IMG/VR virus record: IMGVR_UViG_3300037470_000106
Span: 1-26,882 of that record
Reading direction: 5' to 3' (one strand)
DNA from: a virus
Lineage: Duplodnaviria > Caudoviricetes
DNA: 26,882 nucleotides
The notes beneath the pieces are model-generated. The model saw only the letters and a list, made by a program, of their open reading frames with translations. It did no database searches and was not told the DNA's origin. Each line of letters begins with the position of its first letter. Positions within the stretch are counted from its first letter, which is position 1. The translations under genes were made by a program, and so were the position numbers. This document shows, piece by piece, positions 25,491-26,882 of this stretch.

Positions 25491-25799
25491 TTATCTGCTG
25501 ATCGAAATACCCCACGACCCCGTACGGGTCGCGGCAGTCAAGACGTACTCACCAAGTCCAACGACTACTTCCATCGTCCGGGTAGCGCTCAACTCGATAT
25601 CCCCGTTATCGTCGGTACACGTAACCAGAGTACCATCCGGGGCGTACCTCTTCAGTACCGCTACATCTGAACCTAGATTAGCATATGGGTACAAGCTGAC
25701 GGTTACTTCTCCGTTCCTCCGCACCTTAAACACGGCACTAGTTACCGAGTCCGTAGTACCGGGGGCTAGGATAATTACTTCTTGTGCATCTCGTGACAT
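25491..25799 (-). CDS. Small beta-rich protein, possible decoration/fibre base, 102 aa
   Basis: GAGGT SD; alternating hydrophobic pattern; precedes the peptide and fibre genes. Confidence 0.6.
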   Translation of the reverse strand: MSRDAQEVIILAPGTTDSVTSAVFKVRRNGEVTVSLYPYANLGSDVAVLKRYAPDGTLVTCTDDNGDIELSATRTMEVVVGLGEYVLTAATRTGSWGISISR

Positions 25800-25842
25800 G
25801 GTATTAGTACCTCTGTAAAATTAGTTTATTGGTCATGGTGGG

Positions 25843-26547
25843 CTAGTCGTCGGTGGGGGCGTTAGTAGTCCATTCAAGTTCAATGGCGATCACGTCCGCT
25901 GCGGCTGTGGTCGTCCAGTCTGCTGACCCTCCTCGACCATAAAAACGCATAAATACAACATCGCCAGCAGAGAACGGGACAGAGAGCCACGCGCTCCACG
26001 GACTTACGTGCAGCACATCTGTCGCTCCCTGTGATGTATCCGTCACGCCACCTATAGCAGACGGAATGGCAACCGTCTCACCGTCTGCGGCATAGTACGG
26101 AATGCAGTTGAAATTGATATTACCCGCAGCAGTGGTTGAAGGTGCCCAAATTATCCGATACCGGATCGTGTCCCCATCCCAGCTAGGGGGTGGCACCCAC
26201 AGGAAATTAGCGCTCTGAAAAGCACTGGCAGAATAACGATACGCAACACGAGACTCCGAACTAAACGCCTTGGTTATTTGAGTGGGCGCTACGCCGGATG
26301 TAAGTAGAGACAGGTCAGACGCAGGCAATAGTGTTTTTCTTTTTACGCCGACCGCTTTTAGCGGTATATCGTTACCCGCATCATCCGTAAAGTATGGCGT
26401 ATTCGGGGTGTCGCTCTTGACCCAGAATTGTCCCTCTCCAGCTACATCAGCTTCTGCCGATGCTCGCTCCGTCAAGTACAGGGGGTCTTGCTGCGCGGAG
26501 TCATCCGACGGCGGATACCCGTGATCCTGTTTAGCGAGTATACTCAT
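25843..26547 (-). CDS. Fibre/spike-like protein, 234 aa
   Basis: Residues 23-63 match residues 97-138 of the 412-aa fibre; Trp-rich beta C-terminal domain. Confidence 0.7.
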   Translation of the reverse strand: MSILAKQDHGYPPSDDSAQQDPLYLTERASAEADVAGEGQFWVKSDTPNTPYFTDDAGNDIPLKAVGVKRKTLLPASDLSLLTSGVAPTQITKAFSSESRVAYRYSASAFQSANFLWVPPPSWDGDTIRYRIIWAPSTTAAGNINFNCIPYYAADGETVAIPSAIGGVTDTSQGATDVLHVSPWSAWLSVPFSAGDVVFMRFYGRGGSADWTTTAAADVIAIELEWTTNAPTDD

Positions 26548-26845
26548 TCACATGCTCGCTGATAATTACCGTCTCGTCTGCCGATGTAGTGATGGCGAAG
26601 AACCCCATGCCGTAAATCTTCTCGGGGTTAGTCCACCCCGATACCGTGCTCCAACCAATCCCGTTCCACTTGTACAGCGTAGTGTTAGCCAAGGTCGTGG
26701 TACAGATCGTGAACGGGAACTCTACGTAGAAAGGTACTTCGGTAAGCGTGTCGTTATAGACTACTGGAAAATCAATGTACGGCCGATCCTTGATATGACC
26801 AAGGGTCGGCACGGTGTACTTGAAATTAGGTAGAATGCTGGGCAC
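26531..26845 (-). CDS. Hypothetical beta-rich protein, 104 aa
   Basis: GTG start directly after a TAA; overlaps the next gene by 17 nt. Start uncertain near the window edge. Confidence 0.55.
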   Translation of the reverse strand: MPSILPNFKYTVPTLGHIKDRPYIDFPVVYNDTLTEVPFYVEFPFTICTTTLANTTLYKWNGIGWSTVSGWTNPEKIYGMGFFAITTSADETVIISEHVNEYTR

Positions 26846-26882
26846 TTAGTGCTTACTCGTTGCCGAACTGGCTAAGGCTGGA

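Noticed and set aside
25311-25799. Readthrough fusing the in-frame 102-aa and 58-aa ORFs (TAA GGT ATG)
   Set aside because: TAA is rarely read through, and the related 194-aa protein has the peptide at a free N-terminus.
24061-26547. Diversity-generating retroelement
   Set aside because: No reverse transcriptase in the window; the shared module is diverged at protein level, not an adenine-specific repeat pair.
3-26833. Plus-strand ORFs in the track
   Set aside because: All are antisense to convincing minus-strand genes and show no recognisable motifs; treated as shadow ORFs.
1-26882. tRNA, CRISPR array, integrase, host genes or stop-codon reassignment
   Set aside because: Intergenic gaps are under 100 nt with no cloverleaf or repeat-spacer pattern seen; genes tile under the standard code using TAA, TAG and TGA; the terL break is a frame change.
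26846-26882. 3' end of an upstream gene at the right edge
   Set aside because: Only 37 nt are visible and two frames end in TAA, so the frame cannot be assigned.

Overview
A 26.9 kb fragment of a tailed dsDNA bacteriophage with podovirus-like morphogenesis genes. Every credible gene is on the minus strand, tightly packed and often translationally coupled. In transcription order (high to low coordinates): a module of small fibre/decoration-like proteins and a lipoprotein; small terminase; large terminase split into two overlapping ORFs; portal; scaffold; N4-gp56-type major capsid protein; decoration protein; head-tail adaptor; a 1081-aa nozzle; and the ejection proteins. A NUMOD4-HNH homing endonuclease interrupts the ejection genes. 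The last gene is a >1649-aa ORF (4948 to the window edge) that the ORF track missed; it carries GNAT and ADP-ribosyltransferase-like domains. Most notable observations: (1) this likely injected GNAT+ART polyvalent protein; (2) the HNH gene appears to have captured the first codons of the next gene, which restarts from a near-duplicate with an AUU codon; (3) the split terminase; (4) shared docking-type modules among the fibre/decoration genes, including an unlisted 58-aa ORF; (5) intergenic RNA structures with alternative pairings. All calls come from motifs and synteny read by eye; no database search was run and the host cannot be determined.
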